Shown: positions 60,484 to 64,000 of the stretch, one piece after another
Position numbering within the stretch: the first letter of the stretch is position 1
Layout: every line of letters begins with the position of its first letter
Origin: Thermostichus sp. DRC_bins_24
GTDB taxonomy: Bacteria > Cyanobacteriota > Cyanobacteriia > Thermostichales > Thermostichaceae
DNA: 64,000 nt
Direction: 5' to 3'
Assembly (NCBI GenBank): GCA_039794845.1
Contig: JAUQVK010000084.1
Location: 1 to 64,000 of the forward strand
Notes under the pieces: model-generated
The model's input: the letters and a program-made list of their open reading frames with translations, nothing else
What the model was told of the DNA's origin: nothing
Databases searched by the model: none
Position numbers and translations under genes: made by a program

Positions 60484-62304
60484 ATGCGACTGAGCCAGAT
60501 GTTGTTTGTAACCCTGCGGGAGGATCCCGCCGAGGCAGAGTTGCCCAGCCATAAGCTGCTGTTGCGGGGCTGTTTTATCCGGCGGCTTTCCCCTGGCATT
60601 TACACCTATCTCCCCTTGCTCTGGCGGGTGTTGCAGAAGATCTCAGAGATTGTCCGGCAGGAGATGAACGCCATCGGCGGGCAAGAATGTTTGCTGCCCC
60701 AGCTACAACCGGCGGAGATTTGGCGGGAATCCGGGCGTTGGGATGTCTACACCCAGGCGGAAGGGATCATGTTTGCCCTCACGGATCGGCAGGGGCGGGA
60801 ACAGGGCCTCGGCCCCACCCACGAAGAAGTGATCACCCTTCTGGCCCGGGATCTAATCCGTTCCTACCGGCAGTTGCCCCAAACCCTCTACCAAATTCAG
60901 ACCAAATTCCGGGATGAGATTCGGCCCCGCTTTGGCCTAATGCGCGGTCGAGAATTCATCATGAAGGATGCCTACTCCTTTCATGTGGACGAAGAAAGCC
61001 TGCGGCAGACCTATCAGGACATGTATCGGGCCTACAGCCGCATCCTCACCCGCTGTGGTCTGCAATTTCGGGTGGTGGATGCCGATGCCGGCGCCATTGG
61101 CGGGCCTTCGGCGGCTTCCCAGGAGTTTATGGTGTTGGCCTCCGCCGGCGAAGATGACATTCTCTACACCCCGGATGGCTCCTACGCCGCCAATGTGGAA
61201 AAAGCCGTTTCTCTGCCTCCAGAGGCGGCGGTTTCTCCCTACGAAGCCTTTCAGGTGTTGGATACCCCCGGCACCGACACCATCGAAGCCCTGGCCCAGT
61301 TCCTCAAGATTTCCCCCACGATCATTGTCAAAAATGTTCTGTATCAAGCCCTCTACGACAATGGCATACGGGTGGCGGTGCTGCTCAGCCTTCGGGCCGA
61401 TCAAGAGGTGAATGAGGTGAAGCTCTCCAACCATCTCAGCCGGTTGGCGGAGCGCTATCAAGCCAGCAAACTGCTCACCCTCACCCTGGCCGATGCCAAT
61501 ATCCAAGCCAGTTGGCAAGGGGATCCCGTCCCGGTCGGTTATATTGCTCCCGATCTGCCGGACAGCTGCCTGGGCCAAAACCAGAAAAACCTGGCCCCTA
61601 GAATCCTGCGCTTGGCAGATCAAACGGCGGCCCTGCTGAAGAACTTTGTAACCGGCGCTAACCAAGTAGGCAAGCACGTGGCGGGAGCCAACTGGGGCGA
61701 GCAGTACCTCTTACCAGAGGTGGTGGATGTGCGCAAAGCCCGGGCGGGAGATCGCTCCCTTTTGAACCCCGAACAGATTCTGGAAACCACCCGCGGCATC
61801 GAGATCGGGCATATCTTCCAGTTGGGGCGCAAATTTTCCGTGCCCATGCAGGCCACCTTCACCGACGAACAGGGATCCGAGCATCCCCTGTGGATGGGCT
61901 GCTACGGCATTGGGGTGTCTCGCTTGGCCCAGGCCGCCGTGGAACAATCCCACGATGCCAACGGTATCATCTGGCCGGTGGCCATCGCCCCCTACCATGT
62001 GGTGGTGGTGGTGCCCAATGTTGCCGATGCACAGCAGATGAGCATAGCCGAGAAGCTGGTGAGGGAGCTGACGGCGGCGGGCATCGAAACCCTCTGGGAT
62101 GACCGCGATGAGCGGGCCGGTGTGAAATTCAAAGATGCGGATTTGATCGGGATCCCCTACCGCATCACTACGGGTCGCAGCCTCAAGCAGGGCAAGGTGG
62201 AACTGACCGAACGGGCCACCGGCCAAGCCACGGAAGTACCGATTGCAGAGGTGGTGACCACCCTTAAGGAGCGGATCGAGGCGGCCCTAGCTGTGCCAGA
62301 CTGA
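60484..62304 (+). CDS. proS: Proline-tRNA ligase
   Basis: LGPTHEE, FRDE-RPRFG-MR-REF-MKD, MGCYGIG. Confidence 0.97.
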   Translation: MRLSQMLFVTLREDPAEAELPSHKLLLRGCFIRRLSPGIYTYLPLLWRVLQKISEIVRQEMNAIGGQECLLPQLQPAEIWRESGRWDVYTQAEGIMFALTDRQGREQGLGPTHEEVITLLARDLIRSYRQLPQTLYQIQTKFRDEIRPRFGLMRGREFIMKDAYSFHVDEESLRQTYQDMYRAYSRILTRCGLQFRVVDADAGAIGGPSAASQEFMVLASAGEDDILYTPDGSYAANVEKAVSLPPEAAVSPYEAFQVLDTPGTDTIEALAQFLKISPTIIVKNVLYQALYDNGIRVAVLLSLRADQEVNEVKLSNHLSRLAERYQASKLLTLTLADANIQASWQGDPVPVGYIAPDLPDSCLGQNQKNLAPRILRLADQTAALLKNFVTGANQVGKHVAGANWGEQYLLPEVVDVRKARAGDRSLLNPEQILETTRGIEIGHIFQLGRKFSVPMQATFTDEQGSEHPLWMGCYGIGVSRLAQAAVEQSHDANGIIWPVAIAPYHVVVVVPNVADAQQMSIAEKLVRELTAAGIETLWDDRDERAGVKFKDADLIGIPYRITTGRSLKQGKVELTERATGQATEVPIAEVVTTLKERIEAALAVPD

Positions 62305-62326
62305 GCGTGGTTTCCGTTGGGCCTCA

Positions 62327-62938
62327 ATGCTGAACATTTCCATCCTGAAAGAAGACGAATCTTACACGTTTCGCTCTTATTTCGAGATGCCCTACGAGCC
62401 AGACGAGATCCTGGCCCAATTCGGCTATCGACTGGAAATAGGGGAGTGGGAATGGCCCGCCGCCCCTGCCCCACCCCAAACCCAAACCCTGAAAGAACGA
62501 ATCCGCCAGTTGCTGCCTCTGGTCAGCCTCAGCAGCGAAACGGCGCGGCGAGAACTGCTGGTTGCCCCTGTACTCACCGAAGTGGCCCTTCATTGTCGAG
62601 TCCCTTTGCGATTGGAGTATCCCCTGATGGTAAACAATTGGCTGAAGGGCAGCCTTGATTACCTCATGCGAGGGAAATACACTCTGTTGGTGGTTGAGGC
62701 CAAAAAAGATGACCTAACCCGGGGCTTTGTGCAGATGGCGGTTGAGATGATCGCCCTCGCCCAGGTGGAACAGCATCCTCAGATCTACGGTGCAATCACC
62801 ATCGGATCCATCTGGCAATTCGGCCAAATCCTTGTGGAGGAAAAGGTAATCAAACAAGATCTGACCTTGTACCGAGTACCCGAAGAACTGGAGACCATTG
62901 TGGGTATTCTCACGGGAATTGTTGGTGACGGTCGCTAA
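62327..62938 (+). CDS. Hypothetical protein, PD-(D/E)XK-like; paralog of 64..690
   Basis: SYTF--YFE, SE-ARRELL--PVL, LDYL-RG, VVEAK--DL-RG. Confidence 0.75.
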   Translation: MLNISILKEDESYTFRSYFEMPYEPDEILAQFGYRLEIGEWEWPAAPAPPQTQTLKERIRQLLPLVSLSSETARRELLVAPVLTEVALHCRVPLRLEYPLMVNNWLKGSLDYLMRGKYTLLVVEAKKDDLTRGFVQMAVEMIALAQVEQHPQIYGAITIGSIWQFGQILVEEKVIKQDLTLYRVPEELETIVGILTGIVGDGR

Positions 62939-62944
62939 CAATCT

Positions 62945-63235
62945 ATGAATCTCTCATACATCTCTATGGATCGAGAAACGGGCTGGTTTGGATTGAAGTT
63001 GATGGTGGCTGCTGCCGGGATTAGCGTGGCGGTGAAATACGGCGGACCTTACTTGGCTCTGCCGGAAACCATGCCTGTGGTAATCGGGATGATCCTTTTG
63101 CCGACTGCGATCATGGCCGGGATTCTTTACCGTTGGCAAAGGAACTCGGCTTCTGCACCAAAAAATTTGCAGGGATCCCCGACCTCAACACAAGGACTAA
63201 CGCCAGAAGAGAGCCCCCAATCGGAATGCGATTAA
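62945..63235 (+). CDS. Small two-TM hypothetical protein
   Basis: F-LK-----GIS--VKYGGPYL...LLPT pattern. Confidence 0.65.
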   Translation: MNLSYISMDRETGWFGLKLMVAAAGISVAVKYGGPYLALPETMPVVIGMILLPTAIMAGILYRWQRNSASAPKNLQGSPTSTQGLTPEESPQSECD

Positions 63236-63267
63236 GAACTTGCTTAAGAACTTGCTTAAGAACTTGC
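63232..63267. repeat. 12-bp tandem repeat x3 in the convergent intergenic region
   Basis: TTAAGAACTTGC x3, followed by a degenerate TTGAGAACTGGC. Confidence 0.92.
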
Positions 63268-63382
63268 TATTGAGAACTGGCGAAAGCGTTCTCGACCTGA
63301 AGATAGATCCTGTAGTGGGATGGGTAGCCACAGCAGCCTCTTACAGAATCAACTTGCAGGATCGATTAGGACTCGTACCCCC

Positions 63383-64000
63383 TCAAAACCCGTCTTCGTC
63401 GAGAACCTGCACATTCTGCACAATGCGGGAGAGCTCGTTTTTCTCATCCACATTGATACGGGTCGGGGATCCACTGATGATGCGCTCGTAGCCCCGGAAG
63501 GAGTCGCGGATTTGGATACCGGCGTTGGAGATGAGATATTCACGGATACCTTTGTCGTGCCAGGATCCCCGCATTTTGAAGACATTGAGGGCACGGGCCA
63601 TTTCGCCCCGGATCTCCACATATTGCAGCAGGATGATCGTGTCGGTGATGGTGGAAATGTGGGATTCGGTAATGGAATGGGATCCCATGAATTGGTCGGT
63701 GGTGTTGGTGAAAAAGCCGGTGATTTCCTCTTGCTTGGCCAGCCCGGTTACCCCGATTACAAACTGACGGAAGGCATTTTGACTCACCCCCCGCGCCAAG
63801 GCCGAAAGGGAATCGATGGCGATGCGGGAGGGTTTGAACCCCATCATTTCGGTTTTGATCTTCTGCAGGTGATCTTCCAAGCCGGCCGACTCGGGATAGG
63901 CGCAGATGATCTTCAGTAACCCCTGTCGCTCGAATTCTTCCAGGTCAATGCCCCAAGAGGAAGCATTGCGGGACAGTTGAGCCCGCGATTCTTCATAGGC
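63383..64000 (-). CDS. kaiC: Circadian clock kinase KaiC (3' part; runs off the window)
   Basis: YEES-AQL-RNA-SWG, RIAIDSLSALARG, SHISTITDTI phosphosite region, KMRGSWHDK-IRE. Confidence 0.96.
   Translation of the reverse strand, partial: AYEESRAQLSRNASSWGIDLEEFERQGLLKIICAYPESAGLEDHLQKIKTEMMGFKPSRIAIDSLSALARGVSQNAFRQFVIGVTGLAKQEEITGFFTNTTDQFMGSHSITESHISTITDTIILLQYVEIRGEMARALNVFKMRGSWHDKGIREYLISNAGIQIRDSFRGYERIISGSPTRINVDEKNELSRIVQNVQVLDEDGF

Overview
Chromosomal window from a GC-rich cyanobacterium. The highly iterated palindrome GGGATCCC and the gene content point to a hot-spring Synechococcus/Thermostichus-type lineage (inference). Most of the window is housekeeping and photosynthesis genes: apcF, truB, trpS, ycf3, gatC, groES-groEL with CIRCE, petCA, metG, petF, aroH, hfq, gvpA-C-N-J, msrP, rnhB, phnDCE, ispE, futAB, glnA with an NtcA promoter, pyk, ylxR-infB, proS, the 3' part of kaiC, and two tRNAs (Ala-CGC, Arg-CCG). 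Accessory or unexplained elements are scattered among them. These include a GGATCC-free three-gene module (TIGR04255-like, unknown, ART-like) that resembles a toxin-antitoxin-chaperone or defence cassette, and an FHA / FHA-flavin-monooxygenase / membrane-protein operon. There is also a 59-aa Zn-ribbon microprotein coupled to apcF, a V4R/phycobiliprotein-like operon and a tandem duplication of the tRNA-Ala 3' half. Decayed elements include two tnpB remnants (one retaining the right end/omegaRNA region) and pseudogenes of BrnT, an aspartyl protease and a UvrD-like helicase. All family assignments come from motif recognition by eye; no database searches were run.
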